Source: Scyliorhinus canicula (taxonomy: Eukaryota). From it: a DNA stretch of 64,000 bases. Positions 1-12,645 of this stretch are shown piece after piece. The position numbers and the translations under genes were made by a program. A model generated the notes under the pieces. The model was not told the DNA's origin. It searched no databases and saw nothing but the letters and a program-made list of their open reading frames with translations. The stretch covers positions 89,921,304 through 89,985,303 of the forward strand of contig NC_052151.1 in the NCBI RefSeq assembly GCF_902713615.1. The letters run 5' to 3'. Within the stretch, counting starts at the first letter, position 1. Each line of letters starts with the position of its first letter.

Positions 1-874
1 CATTGCTGAAAAATGCTCACTAAAGATGCTCGTTATGAATTTGGGCTTTGCCTTAGACATTATGTCGGATTGAGTGTTGACGGTAGCTTTCTTAAGTGGT
101 CGCTCTATTGTTCGGTGTTCCAATCTTTTGGGAAGTGGAGTGAGAAAACACGTGGTAAGATGTGCCAGATATTAATAGTTAAGACTAGGCTTACTTCACA
201 TGACTTGTTTTTTCGTCTTACAAATCAATTAATGCTTTACACTTCGCTACATTAAACCTTTTTCTACATTAAAGGTGCAAATTAAATGCAAGCTGTTGAA
301 TCATTTTCCTTGACTTTAAATCCAGGTATTGGATTTGTGGTTAGTCATGTCCCCATTGAATTTCTGCCTGCAAATAGAATGGCAGGCCCATTACAAATAA
401 TTTCTGCCAGGTGCCTGGAATCTTGGCCCTCACAAACGCAACACACAAAATTTATTGCTCTCCACTGGGCCGACTCTGGTGATGATGGCATTTAATTAAG
501 CAGGAGGACAGTGCCAGTTTCCTGCCTCCGTCTCTTTTAAATCAATGGCGTGGACGACCTTCTGCCCTGCCACCAATAAAGGCCTTTGAGTGATTATTAA
601 TGTTCACTTGAAGGCTTTATCCTTATATTAACCCAGCAGCATGTACTGGCTTCACCATGTGGCAAGCATGACAATCTGGGGTGGGTGCTTGCGGACTCCC
701 AAGGGGGAGGGGTGTTGCCCATTCAAAGACATTCAGTGCCTGATTGAGGTACCTGGTATCCGGATGTGGGGAGAGGTCTGCTAAGAGCCACTCCAATGTG
801 TTTGATGCCAATCTCCCCCTTGAGGGCCCACCCACAACTGCTCTCCAACCATCATTCAACTCATCTATGGTCTT

Positions 875-1100
875 GGGGGCAGCACGGCGGCACAATGGTT
901 AGCACTGCTGCCTCACGGCGCCGAGGACCCGGGTGTGATTCCAGCCCCGCGTCACTGTCCGTATGGAGTTTGCACATTCTCTCCATGTCTGTGTGGGTTT
1001 GCTCCCACAATCCAAAGAGGGGTAGGGTAGGTGAATTGGCTGCGCTAAATTGCCCCTTAATTGTAAAAAAAGAATTGGGTACTCGAAATTTATTTTTTTT
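875..1100 (+). mobile_element. HE1-type tRNA-derived SINE
   Basis: gggcagcacgg head with A/B boxes; TSD aactcatctatggt on both sides; sits inside an older MITE-like repeat (about 340-1380). Confidence 0.9.
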
Positions 1101-1513
1101 AAACTCATCTATGGTGTGGGATCCAGCAACAATTCTAGGACTCAAGTTGGTGTCGTACATGCAGTAGCCACTGCCTCCATTCAATAAGATTGGCTGGCAG
1201 GTTTTTTGCCCTAGCGTCCTGGATCCTGGGGAAGGTCTGCCTCCGTCCAGTTGTGCTGGAGCGGCGCTTAATTCGGGGACAAATCCGTAAAAGAGGTGAT
1301 GCTGATGGCCGCTGGCTCCCCAGCCAGCAGACAGAGACTCTAGTTGCCTCCATTATATACTGCTTAATAAACACAAGGTGATTGTTGATTTCTAAGTCAG
1401 GGTACTGAATAGCTTATTGTTCTGAATTTTGGGGGAAACAACTTCAACATCTAGCCATCTTGCATCTCTTTTTTTTTGAAAAACTTATGTGAATACTTTA
1501 AAACTAACAATTC

Positions 1514-1712
1514 GGGGCAGCACGGTGGTGCAGTGGTTAGCACTGCTGTCTCACAGCGCCACGGTCCAAGGTTCGTTCCCGGCTCTGTGTCACTGTCCAT
1601 GTGAGGTTTGCGCATTCACTCCGTGGATTTTGCCCCCCCACAACCCAAAGATTGGCAATGCAGTGCCCCTTAAGTGGAAAAAATGAATTGGATACTTTAA
1701 ATTATAAAAAAC
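1514..1712 (+). mobile_element. HE1-type SINE
   Basis: Typical head and tail; absent from the duplicated copy of this segment near 46560. Confidence 0.85.
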
Positions 1713-2077
1713 AATCCAATGTAGCTCTTTTCAAATCTTTTCTCTGGAAATATGGTTAAAATATCTTTTAACCATAATAGTACTGAAAAACTGAATTACG
1801 AGAATTGCAAGTGTTGATCATTAACATATATAGCTATGTGATAACCAGAGGAAAAGTGTGTATGTTTATTTTGTAAATAACCATAATTGTCTACTTGTTG
1901 AAGAATTGCCACTCCTGATCTCAAATGTATTAACATGCACTTACAGCACTCAAAATCTGAGGTGAAGAGCACCATAACTTGCTATTGTCATGTAAAACTG
2001 CTGTTGTGGATACCACCCGAATCTCATTTTCACTGTCATCAATGAAAATTAAAATCAGAGCATTTCTATAATGGACA

Positions 2078-2371
2078 GCCCTGGGCCTAACCATCTTCAA
2101 CTGCTTCCTCAATTACTTTCCCTCCATCATAAGGTCAAAAGTAGGGATGTTCGCTGATGATTGCACAATGTTTAACATCATTTGCAATTTGTCAGACACT
2201 AAAACAGCAGTGTGCATATGCAGCAAGAACTGGACAGCATTGAGGCTTGGGCTGGTACGTCGCAAGTGACATCCATGCCACACAATGGCAAGTAACAGTT
2301 CTTTTCAACAAGGTCCTCTTCAACAAGGAAGGATTTAGCCTTTTGGCATTCAATGGTATTACCAATGGGCA
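2078..2371 (+). mobile_element. CR1-like LINE reverse transcriptase fragment
   Basis: Encodes LGLTIFNCFLNY...VGMFADDCTMF (FADD RT motif); same family as 16870-18990. Confidence 0.75.
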
Positions 2372-2372
2372 T

Positions 2373-2565
2373 TGCAGATTGGTTGCACAGTGGTTAGCAT
2401 TGTTGCTTCACCGCCAGAGTTCCCAGGTTCAATTCAAGGCTTGTGTCACTGTCTGTGCAGAGTCCGTACGTTCTTCCCATGTCTGCATGGGTTTTCTCTG
2501 GGTGCTCCAGTTTCCCCTCTCAAGTCCCGAAAGACTTCCTTGTTAGGTGAATTGCACAATCTGAA
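2373..2565 (+). mobile_element. HE1-variant SINE
   Basis: tRNA-like head plus caagtcccgaaaga body, as at 55100. Confidence 0.75.
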
Positions 2566-2569
2566 GAGT

Positions 2570-2799
2570 AGTATTCTGATGGGAAGATGTTCAGCCACTT
2601 GACGTTTCCAGTCATGTTTTTATGAATGGAAACGGCAAGTGGCTGAACGACGCTAGTAAAGCCAGCTGGATGCTATGTGACTTATCTTGGCCAGCATTTC
2701 ACACCCGCGATCTTTGTACCTCGCGTATCATGCGACCCCCGAAATTTAGGCTTCAAATTAGGTGCTCAAAAGTCGCATGTTACGCGAGTATATACGGTA
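2570..2799. mobile_element. Tc1/mariner (pogo-like) MITE end
   Basis: Ends in gcgagtatatacgg-ta, a terminal-inverted-repeat-like end with a TA target. Confidence 0.5.
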
Positions 2800-2839
2800 T
2801 ATATACACACGTGTCTGTGTGTGTTTCTGGAACCCACCT

Positions 2840-2968
2840 CTTCATTCACCTGTGGAAGGAGCTGGGCTCCGAATGCTAGTGATTCAAAACAAATCTGGTG
2901 GACTTTAACCTGGTGTTGTAAGACTTGTTATTGTGCTCACTCAGTCCAACGCTGGCATCTCCACATCG
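2840..2968 (+). mobile_element. Penelope-like pseudo-LTR with degenerate hammerhead
   Basis: Matches 48337-48457; hammerhead core mutated to CTGTGGA...GAAT. Confidence 0.8.
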
Positions 2969-3144
2969 TGGTTAAAGAATTGTCTTCAAGGACAATTAGG
3001 AATGGGCAGCAACTACTGACCAAGGCCACTCACACCACCGTTGCACTCAACGGCAGTTTGAAAGTGTACCTTGACAGGAGATGGAATTTTGCTCATATAT
3101 GAAAGCCTTTTAGCTATTTGTAAAATAATTAACATGTTCCAATT

Positions 3145-3710
3145 CCATAGTTTTAGTGTATAAAGAGTCCAACAGTGCAGGAAAGTCCCTTCGGCCCATC
3201 GAGTCTGTGCCAACAAAAACTACCCCTGATCTCGCGCTAACCCCACTTACCAGCACTTGTCCCATACCTTGAAGGTGATGTTGGTTTAAGTGCTCATCCA
3301 AGTGCGTTTTAAAGGTTGTGAGGTTTCCAGTCTCGACTACCTTCCCAGGCAGTGTATTCCAGGTTCTCACCACCCTCTTGAGTGAAAAACAATTTTCTCA
3401 AATCCCCTCTGAATCTCCACACTATAAAACTATGGCCCCTTGGGATTGACTCCTCCAACAGGGAAAACAGCTGGTTCCTATTTACCCTGTCCAATCCCCT
3501 CATAGTTGTATACAGCTCATTAATACCCTCTACCCCCCTCGGCTTTCTCTGCTCTAAAGGAAACAATCCAAACCTATCCAGTCTCTCCTTATTAGGTGCT
3601 CCATCCCAGACAACATCTTGATGAATCTCCTCTGTAACCCCTCCAGTGCAATCACCTACTTCCTATAGTGAGGTGACCAGGACTGCACGCACTACTCCAA
3701 ATGCCACAGT
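3145..3710 (-). mobile_element. CR1 (HER1-like) LINE 3' fragment
   Basis: Minus-strand LFSL..RGDL...TRGH...FFTQRVV..WN.LP motifs. Confidence 0.85.
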
Positions 3711-3808
3711 ATCTTATGTTTAGATATACATTTTCCCAGTTCTATTTCAAATGGTACAATTGTTCTAGAAAAGAGATTTTTGCGTAATTTGTCCTGTCTC
3801 TTTTACAG

Positions 3809-3939
3809 AATACGTTTATTTGAAAATCTACGTATGCTGCCTCATGCACCTGGTGCCCAGATGCAGGCTATTCCAGAGGATGCTATTCAAGAAAACAGTG
3901 GAGACGAGGAGGAAGATGATCCTGACAAACGAATTTCAA
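3809..3939 (+). CDS. hdac2: Class I histone deacetylase (HDAC2-like), internal exon equivalent to human exon 11
   Basis: ttttacAG acceptor and GTtagt donor; 131 bp; encodes (K)[43 protein letters not shown], matching HDAC1/2. Confidence 0.95.
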
Positions 3940-4289
3940 GTTAGTGGGAATATACTGATGTTTTATAACACTAGCTTTAATGTAAAAAAATATTCATCAG
4001 AAGTGCAAGCAGACATAAATTAACACGAGTACAAGATGGAGATCTTTGGAGAGTTGATTAAAAGATGTTTTTTAAGGACGTCCTCAAAGGAGGCGGAGGA
4101 GGTGAAAAGACAGAAAGGGAGAGAAAGAAAAGGCCAGAACGTAGGACAAAATTGCTGTCGGTATGGCCTCTGTTCAACAGAGTTGGGTATGCACAAGAGA
4201 CCATAATTGGAGTTTGACCAGGTTTTTGGAGGCTCGGATAAAGTTATAGATTGGGAAGGTTATTGAAATCAGAAATCATCTTTATGTAG

Positions 4290-4640
4290 ACCATAAGACG
4301 TAGAAGCAGAGGTAGGGCATTAAGTCTGCTCCAAGATTCGATGAGATCAAGTCTGATTTGATACTCCTCAACTCCACTTTCTTGCCTTACCCCCATAACC
4401 CTTGATTCGCTTGCTGATTATAAATCTGTCTGTCTCAGCCTTTAACATACTTAACCCAGCCTCTACAAGCCCTCTGAGGTAAAGAATTCCACAGATTCAC
4501 TTTGCTCTTGAGAGAATAAATTCCTCCACATCTCTGTCTTAAGGTGACACCTTACTATGAGATTATGCCCTCTGAACCTAGACTCTCCCAGAAGGGGAAC
4601 AATCTCTCCGCATCTACCCTGTCAAGCCCCCTAAGAATCA
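4290..4640 (-). mobile_element. CR1 LINE 3' fragment
   Basis: CR1 3' end with aagaattccacagattcac / ttcctcc.catctc.gtc motifs. Confidence 0.75.
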
Positions 4641-4746
4641 TATGAATGCAACAAGCTGAAATGATAGTCAAAAATGCCTCTGTCTTCAGAAGTTATAATT
4701 TGGAGTTCGCAAGATAATTTATTTCCATAATAAAAGTGGTTGCTTA

Positions 4747-4958
4747 GGGCAGCACGGTGGTGTAGTGACTAGCACTACTGCCTCACGACACCGAGGACCC
4801 AGGATCAATCCCGGCTCTGGAGTGGAGTTTGCACATTCTCCCCGTGTTTGGGTGAGTTTCACCCCCACAACCCAAAGATGTGCAGGTTAGGTGGATTGGT
4901 CATGCTAAATTGCCCCTTAATTGGAAAAAACGAATTGGGTACTTAAATTTAAAAAAAT
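4747..4958 (+). mobile_element. HE1-type SINE
   Basis: Typical head and tail. Confidence 0.85.
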
Positions 4959-5056
4959 AAGTGCTTGCTTAATTTTATTAAAGTTGAGATTTGATTGTTT
5001 TTCTGTCCTTTCTTTCTTCAGACTAAAATTGTGTACCTTTAAGCCAAAATACCTCA

Positions 5057-5505
5057 CTGGTAGCCCTCTTGCTTGAGTTAGAAGGTTCTAGAGAATTGAG
5101 TACAAGACCTAGGTTGACACCCTAGTGTGGTACTGAGGGAGTCATAACTGTTTAAGATGGATCAAAACTTGAATATAAATATTTTCCAAAATAATCTGTT
5201 TAAGATATCTTTTGGGTGACATTAAACCAAGTAATCTTCAGTAGAAGTAACAGATCCCATGTGAGTATTTTTACTAAGAATGACAAGAGTTCTGTCATTT
5301 GGCCTGGTTGTTATTTATCCCTTTGATCAACATAAAACAGGTTATTTGCTTGACACGTGGTCTTGCTATATGGGATCTTGCTATGTGGAAAATAAGCTGT
5401 TCCATTTTCTACATTACAACAGTAATTAAACGTTAAATGTAGATCAAAGTGCTTTTGGACTTTCTGAGATCATGAAGCGCACTGTATAAATGCAAGTCTG
5501 TCTGT
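5057..5505 (+). mobile_element. SacSINE1/AmnSINE1-like (DeuSINE) element
   Basis: tRNA-like head, agatcccatg...tttctacattacaacagt central domain, L2-type tail ...tataaatgcaagtct. Confidence 0.65.
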
Positions 5506-5620
5506 CTGCTTGACTGTCTCTATAACCATGCATTTATTTGTAAATGTTTATATGAAAGAACTCTAAATTTCTGAATCAGAACATGGACCTTGGCATATGA
5601 TTTTATTTGCTTTATTGCAG

Positions 5621-5773
5621 TCCGAGCTTCTGATAAGCGAATCGCCTGTGATGAGGAATTTTCAGACTCTGAAGATGAAGGTGAAGGAGGTAGAAGAAAT
5701 ATTGGAAATCATAAGAAAAGTACCAAGCGAGCACGAATAGAAGAAAAGAAGCAACCAGAAGACAGACAAAATG
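5621..5773 (+). CDS. hdac2: HDAC2-like exon equivalent to exon 12
   Basis: tttattgcAG / GTgagt; encodes (I)[50 protein letters not shown]; the RASDK, IACDEE, RRN and ARIEE residues are HDAC2-type; phase fits the previous exon. Confidence 0.95.
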
Positions 5774-5786
5774 GTGAGTGCACTAA

Positions 5787-7090
5787 GGCCTGAATTTTGC
5801 AGTGACACTGGCGCCAACTCAATCGTCACCATTGCTGTACTGAAACTGACAGGAATCTTGGAAGTCCATGGGCTGGATTCTCCAATTCTGGGGCTGTGTC
5901 CCCACGCCGGAGTGGGAACGGTGGTACAGATAAACTGGTGCAAAACGGCCACAGATGCCCGGTTTTGCTGGGGGCTAGCAGGGCGGCAGTATAGAGCACC
6001 CGAATCTAGCTACCGATACGGCCTGGAGAATTGCCCGGTCCATGGCTGCACATGCGCGCGGCGGCGGCCTGCAATGACTGGCCCGTGCTTCATGGCGGAG
6101 GCTGCTCACAGACCAAGCCTGCAAAATAGCCCCCCCCTCACCCCCCCCCCCCCCCCCCCCTTTGGCTGGCTCACGCACCCCGGACCGCCCCACCATAGTG
6201 CCCCCAGCCCCGAATAATGCCCCCCCCCCCCCCCCCCCCCCCGGCCCGCGGATCGGCTCTCCCCCGACTGACGGCATTGGACTGAGTCTGTTCCTGACGG
6301 ATGAGACCACACGTGTCCCAACTCATCAGGAACTCGGTCGGTCGGGGGCAGAGCATTGGGGAGCGGGCCTCAGGCAATGGCCTGAGTCCGTCGATATGTG
6401 GCGTGTTGGAGGGGGCGGAGCATCGCAAAAGCAGCGCCGCCCCGATTCTGGCTGGAAATGTAATTCTCCGGCCATTCGCCAAACGTGATTTCGGCATCGC
6501 CGACCGGAGAATCCAGCCTCCTGTGCAGGGAACTTTGCTGTCAGTAATTCTACACTCTTCCAAAGACATGCTATTGAGATTCCCCAGAATACAATCCCAA
6601 ATCAGTTAATTGACAAATAAAATCCACTTTTATGCTATTTGGACTTGCTGTAATTTTCAGCATTATGAATCAAGTGTGACTGGATATTTAAATTTGTGTA
6701 CTAAGTTCATTTTACTGCTAAACATCTTCTTTGGCCCTGAAAAACATTTGATGAAAACATTTGATGTTCGTGCAATGTCACATTTCTCCATAATAAAAAC
6801 AAAACACTCTTTTTGTTAAGCTTGGTATTTTAGCTCTCTTTTCTTCCAATCATTTATTTTGTTATCTGAAAAAATTAAAAGTGAGGGATAATTAATTCCT
6901 GCTTTACTGTCCATGTGAATATTACAATGTGATTGGCTGCTTATACTTCTTGCTGACATCACTGCTGCTGGAGGCGTGGCAATTCCCTTGACTTGGGTAC
7001 TTCCCCAAGATCATTGGATCTTTGGGAACAGCTATGTTTGAGGTCAGTGGCAAGTGCCATTGCTTCACTGTGGACTGCAAAATTCATCCC
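5787..7090. mobile_element. Old PIF/Harbinger-type non-autonomous element
   Basis: TIRs ggcctgaattttgcagt / actgcaaaattcatccc; flanked by taa / tat. Confidence 0.7.
5870..6519. mobile_element. Young GC-rich Harbinger MITE nested in the previous element
   Basis: TIRs gggctggattctcc / ggagaatccagcct; internal poly-C tracts. Confidence 0.8.
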
Positions 7091-7516
7091 TATTTATTTG
7101 AACTAAATAGATACATTGTGTGTGTATATATACTGCAATCCAATTGTGTGGGAAGCAAAATATGCACATTCGGAGTTCTGAAAAATGCTAAATGTTAGTT
7201 TAATATTCATAGTACTGATCGGAAGAAACCTGGTGTGGTTTGAAAGAGAATGGTTGCACTTGTAGGGTGAAGGATTTGAGTGTGTTCTACTGTATACTTT
7301 GAAAGTTGTTGAGCCAGTGTAAAATACGTGTGAAGTTGTGAAGAGGATGAACGCTCTACTTTTTAAAAGGCAGAATTTAGAAGGTCAATTTGACACGATG
7401 GATTCCGGGTGTCAGGTGACCTTTTTTGCTTTCTGTACAAACGCATGGACTGACATGTCTGGGTATGTCTCTGGAAAGTCACTTTAAAATGCAAATGGCC
7501 TTCCGAAATGCTGATT

Positions 7517-7549
<33 letters not shown>

Positions 7550-8367
7550 CCTCTCTCTCTCGCTCTTTCTCTCTCTCCCTCTCCCCGCCTCCCAAAAAAT
7601 CCTCCAATTCAATTGAAGAGACTAACGATATCTGATACACCTCCAGGCCTCATTGAGATGAAAATACGAATAAAGATATTTGGGCGCTATTCATAAGTTG
7701 AATGCTGTTGGGGATATCGAACATTCTCCAATGTGTGACAGTCGCTTAGCCTAACAAACCATTTGTGTGGACAGTAGGACGATTAATACTGTGGTCATAT
7801 GACAGAAACTAGCTTATGCAAAGAAACACACTATTAACCGAAGTCTTGGCAGATGAGCTAGGGCAGTCAGCCTGGTACAAAGACCACAGAGGGAAGAGAT
7901 CTCGCCAAGAAAAAGAAGAACCTTACTTAGAAAATTCACCTAATGTAGAGAAGTGGGATTAATTTCACCATATTATATCTTCGCTACATGGGCTCAACCA
8001 CAACCTCTGCTGGAAAAGCCAGAAACCCACTAAGTTCATTGCCAGAAACATCCAACCTTCATTGTCCTCCATGACCAAGAGTTTAAAACACATCTTGTTG
8101 CAGTTAATCGAGAGGTGGAAATAAGTGAAAACCACTCTATTACGGAAGTGACTTGCATTACCCAAACCTTCTCATGCCAGTCCATTAAAGTGTGCATTTA
8201 GTAATAACTTGAAGATGCATTTTCATAATGGATGCATATTTTGCATTGAGTGCGTTGGTATATTGTAAGTGACAGTAGGTTGATTCCATAATGTACAGAG
8301 AACAGCAATAAAGATTATTCCATTTAACAAGTAAAGAGGAAGAACACATAATTTGGGGTTTGGAGGC

Positions 8368-8665
8368 ATAGAATAGAATCCCTCCAGTGCAGAAGGAAGC
8401 TGTTTGGTCCATCTGCACCAGCCTTGGAAAAAGCACCTACTTAAGCCCACGTTTCCTCCCTATCCCTGTAACCCAACCTAACGTTTTGAACACTAAGGGG
8501 CAATTTAACATGGCCAATCTACCTAACCTGCACATCTTTGGACTGTGGGAGAAAACCGGAGCACCCGGAGGGAACCCACACAGACACGGGAGAAAGTGCA
8601 AACTCCACACAAGACAGACAACTGAGGCTGGAATTGAACCTGGGTCCCTTAGCTTTGAGGCAGAG
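8368..8665 (-). mobile_element. HE1-type SINE with CR1-like tail
   Basis: catagaat tail and reverse HE1 body. Confidence 0.85.
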
Positions 8666-8899
8666 AAGTGAATGAACTGAAAAATCCCTTCCTTTAGGGA
8701 TACAAGATGAAAATCTCAACATTTACAAAATTGATTAGCTTGATTAAACACTTTAAAGGATATTGAAGTTCTAGACTTGTGAAATATAGTTTTCATTAGT
8801 TGATTCAGTGACCATTGGACCTGGGATTATCAGAACAAACGAGAAGTTAGAAGAAGAAAACAAATCCATACAGGATGATTAGATCATGGACTGTCCTTT

Positions 8900-9735
8900 T
8901 TAAATACACTGCACTCCATCCCAACTCATCATACTCTCTTCACTTGAGTTCACTGTCCTCCTATCTTCTATAAGTCACCCTGTAATGTCCCCAATCCATA
9001 TTCATGGCCATCGCTTTATCTTGCCATCTCATGTGGTCTTGCTAGTGCCATTGTATCAATCAGGTAAGGTAATTGTTGATCGCTTGCTTGTAACACTCTC
9101 CACCCACAACCCCTTCTACACCACTGCATACATTGCTGGAAAAAGCTATCTCCTTACAGTTACAGTTGCACTTTCAGAATTCCCATTTTGATCCTCTGAT
9201 CACGTCAACATTTTTGCAGTTACTGATTTTTCCCTCTCTCTCTCTCTCTTACTCACACGCTGGATGATATCTCCGTATGGCTCTCAGCTCCACTCGCTTA
9301 AGTCAAGCGCTGGAGTCTTTATAGGAAATCCCATTCACCCATCACTTCTATGCTCACTTCCTTGCCTTAACTTTCGGTTAGCAATGTCTTGATTTTTAAA
9401 ATCTCATCCATGTTTTCAAATCCCTCCTACTTCACCTCTCCCTATCTCTCTAATCTACAGCCCCATAACCCTCCAAGGTATCTGTGTTCATCTAATGCTG
9501 GCCTCTTGAGCACCCCTGATTTTTATTGTTCCATCATTAATGACCATAGCTTCAGCTGCCTGGGCCCTAAGCTCTGAATTTCCTCCCTAAATTGCTCCAC
9601 CCCCTCACCTACTTTAAGATACTCCTTAAAACCTACCTTCTTTGACCAAGGTTTTGGTAATCTGCCCCAATATCACCTTGTGGAGCTATGCATCATATTT
9701 TTCTTCATAATGTTCCTGTGAAGCGTCTGGGGGCA
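8900..9735 (+). mobile_element. Decayed L2-like LINE fragments
   Basis: PIHIHGH-like endonuclease remnant and L2 3' end (ttcagctgcctgggccctaagctctg). Confidence 0.6.
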
Positions 9736-9739
9736 TCCT

Positions 9740-12020
9740 ATCATGTGAAAGGCAGAAGACACGAAGTACGTGGCCAAGATGTTTGAGACGCTTTTTCTTC
9801 GACTGTCCTCCTGAAGTGGATAGGGCGTACAGGTCGTTGAGGAACCGAAAGCGGGAGAGCTGCCAAGAGCGATTGTCGTCGGGCTGCATCAATACTTGGA
9901 TAAGGAGAGGATTCTGAAGTGGGCGAAGGAGACATGAATGCATTTGGGACGGCCACACGGTTCGTATCTACCAAAATGTGAAGCGGAGCAGGCCATGGGG
10001 TGAGCAGGGTTTAATACAGTCAAGGCGGCCCTATTCAGGAACAGGGTGCTGTACCCTGCTCGTCTGTGGGTCACGCACGGGGGACAGGAGTATTACTTCG
10101 ACATGCTGGAGGATGCAAGCCACTTTAAGGAACCAAGGATTGGGGGACATTTGAGGACATTGCAATTTGGTTGGATTCATCAACGTAACGGACTGGAAAT
10201 GTTGTACTTCCGGGAGGGGGCCGGGGGAGATACTGTTTGTTTTCGCATGGGGTTGTTATATTTTGTTTGGTTTTTACTACTCATTCTGTATAGTTAATTG
10301 TGTAAAGGTAGTGTTTTGTATCTTTTTTGCCTCCCTGTGTTGGGGTAGTCATGTTTGTAACATAAAATGTGTGGGGGTTGGTGGGCAACGTGAGGAGCGA
10401 CCTGGTGGGGTGGAGGCGCTTGGTGTGGCGCAGGGGTTGGGTTGGGCGGGAGGGTGATTTTGTGCAGAGAGAGTTGGTCTTTTGCTTGTGGGGGTCGGGA
10501 TTAGTTAACAAAAGTGAAGTGGGAGGAACAGCTGAATGAAATAAAATGAAAATCGCTTATTGTCACGAGTAGGCTTCAATGAAGTTACTGTGAAAAGCCC
10601 CTAGTCGCCACATTCCGGCGCTTGTCCGGGGAGGCTGGTACGGGAATCGAAGCGTGCTGCTGGCCTGCTTGGTCTGCTTTAGAAGCCAGCGATTTTAGCC
10701 AAGTGAGCTAAACCAGCCCAGCTGTGGGTCGGGGGGAGGGGGGTTGGGTTGGGTATTGTGCTATGTTGGTTTTATTTGATGGTGGCGTGGGTGGAGGATG
10801 GTGGGCTTGGGGAGGCAGGATTTGTTTGATGTGAGTGGGAATGGTGGGCCTGGGGAGGCGGGACTTTTCATTTCTGTGTTTGGGGAGGTGGCAGAGGAGA
10901 CATTGAAGGTATTGTTCGGGGGCTGTTGGATACTGGTGGCCACCGTGAGGGGACCTGGTAGGTGGGCAGGACATTGGCCTGGGGTGCCCATTGAGACATG
11001 GATAAAGCCGGCGTATCAGGGTGGGGCACGTGGTGGGGGTTGAGGGGGCAGTGGCGGTGGGGTTGGGTAGTGCCCGCTGACTAGACCGGTGTTTTGGAAT
11101 GTTCAGAAACTGAATGGGCTGGTCAAAAGATTCTGTGTTTTTGCCCACTTACAGCTTGAAGGCAAATGTAGTGTTCATGCAAAAGACGCATCCAAAAGGC
11201 GCATCTGAGGGTTGTCATCAGACGAGATTGAGGAAAGGGTGTTTCATTCAGGGTTAGATCTGAAGACGAGGGGAGTTGCCGTCCTGATTAGTTAGAAGGT
11301 GACCTTTTCAGCTGGCAGTATAGTGGGGAATCCAGGGGTAGGTACATGATAGTGAGTTGGAGAGTGTGCCTGTGGTGTTGTTGAGCATCTATGCCCCCAA
11401 ATAGGATGATATAGATTTTATGAAGAGGGTGCTGGTAAAGGTTCCGGATGTTAACACACACAGGTTGATTATTGGGGGGGGGCATTTTGGATGGTCAAGT
11501 CAAGTTTTCAATATTCGGGTATACGGATGGCCCAATTGCAAAAGTTGAATTTGACGAACTTTGTGGATGGGATGAAGGAGGATTTTAAGAGATGGGATGT
11601 TTTACCACTTTCGCTGGCTGGTAACGTACAGACAGTAAAGATGACGGTCTCGCCGAAGTTTCTGTTAATTTTCCAGAATCTCCCAATTTTTGTGCCCATG
11701 TCTTTCTTTGGAAGAGTGAATAGTGATTTGGGAGTTTTATATGCGCAGGTAAGGTACCCCAGATTAGGAGGGTGTTTTTGGAGAGGGGCAGGTGGTAAAG
11801 GGGATTTGTGCTTCTGAGTTTGTTGAATTATTACTGGGCGGCGAATGTTGAAACAGTCAGGAAATGGGCTGTGGAGGAGAGGTCAGTGTGGGGCGGATGG
11901 CGGAGGTCTCGTGTAGAGGGATGTATTTGAGAACAATGTTACTGGCGCCTCTTTCATTCTCGCTGACTCAGTACTCCATGAGCCCGGCTGTGGTTTCATC
12001 GGTCAGTGTGGAATCAGGGC
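9740..12020 (+). mobile_element. Internally deleted L1-clade LINE in the HDAC intron
   Basis: ORF1 C-terminus (RAIVVGLHQYLDKERILKWA), G-rich spacer, endonuclease remnants, RT C-terminus (EDFKRWDVLPLSLAGNVQTVKMTV). Confidence 0.8.
10540..10719 (-). mobile_element. Second tRNA-derived SINE family (young)
   Basis: gggctggtttagctca head and gtggcgactaggggcttttc...ttgtgacaataagcga tail; other copies at 34180, 34985 and 61230. Confidence 0.8.
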
Positions 12021-12645
12021 GGCAACTTTTTGTTTTAAGTCCATTTTAGAAACTATGTAACTGTGTTTGTTGTTCTTTTAATATCTTTAATCTCACTGAC
12101 TAAGATAGAGTGTAGTGCTTAGTGTTTATATTCTTCGGTTTTTGTGTAGTAAAATTATTTTGTTTAAACCATGAACCTTATGGATTGATAGTTTTAGTAA
12201 GTACCTGGGTTTCTGGATTGAAAATAATGTTACTAGTCTCTACCAAGATTGTAGCATCTGTTGTTAGGAATCAGATGATGTTCGAGTAGTATGTTGTATT
12301 TAAGACCTCATCCTGCTTCTGGCCTCATTTTTATCCCCCTGCTGTGAGAGTAAATCTTTGCTGTATCTTGCATCAAACAAAAATGTGAATAACAAGACGC
12401 TGATTTTCTGTGGAAAACCTTCTCCGTTGATTTATTCTATGAAGGATGACACGAGAGGAATATCATACCTATGGTAGAAAATGTGACACATTTTCATTCA
12501 GAAAATCATGGTTTCACAACTCTGCAGATGTAAATTAAGAAACGCGTGTTAAATCATATGGCCACTAAGAGGGACATATCTCAAATGCCTTTTCTTTAAA
12601 TTCGTCTATCTTTAATCAACGTAATAATGACTGAACTGTTTGCAG

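Noticed and set aside
875-950. tRNA-like A/B boxes
   Set aside because: SINE heads; no cloverleaf tRNA gene is supported.
766-1184. Recurrent peptides such as GSLSVWSLHILP and LGHCPCGVCTFSP
   Set aside because: Translations of HE1 SINE copies, not a gene family.
5771-6609. Overlapping proline/glycine-rich ORFs of 100-150 aa
   Set aside because: By-product of a GC-rich MITE with poly-C tracts; the same applies to 53735-54331, 55285-55995 and 62626-63036.
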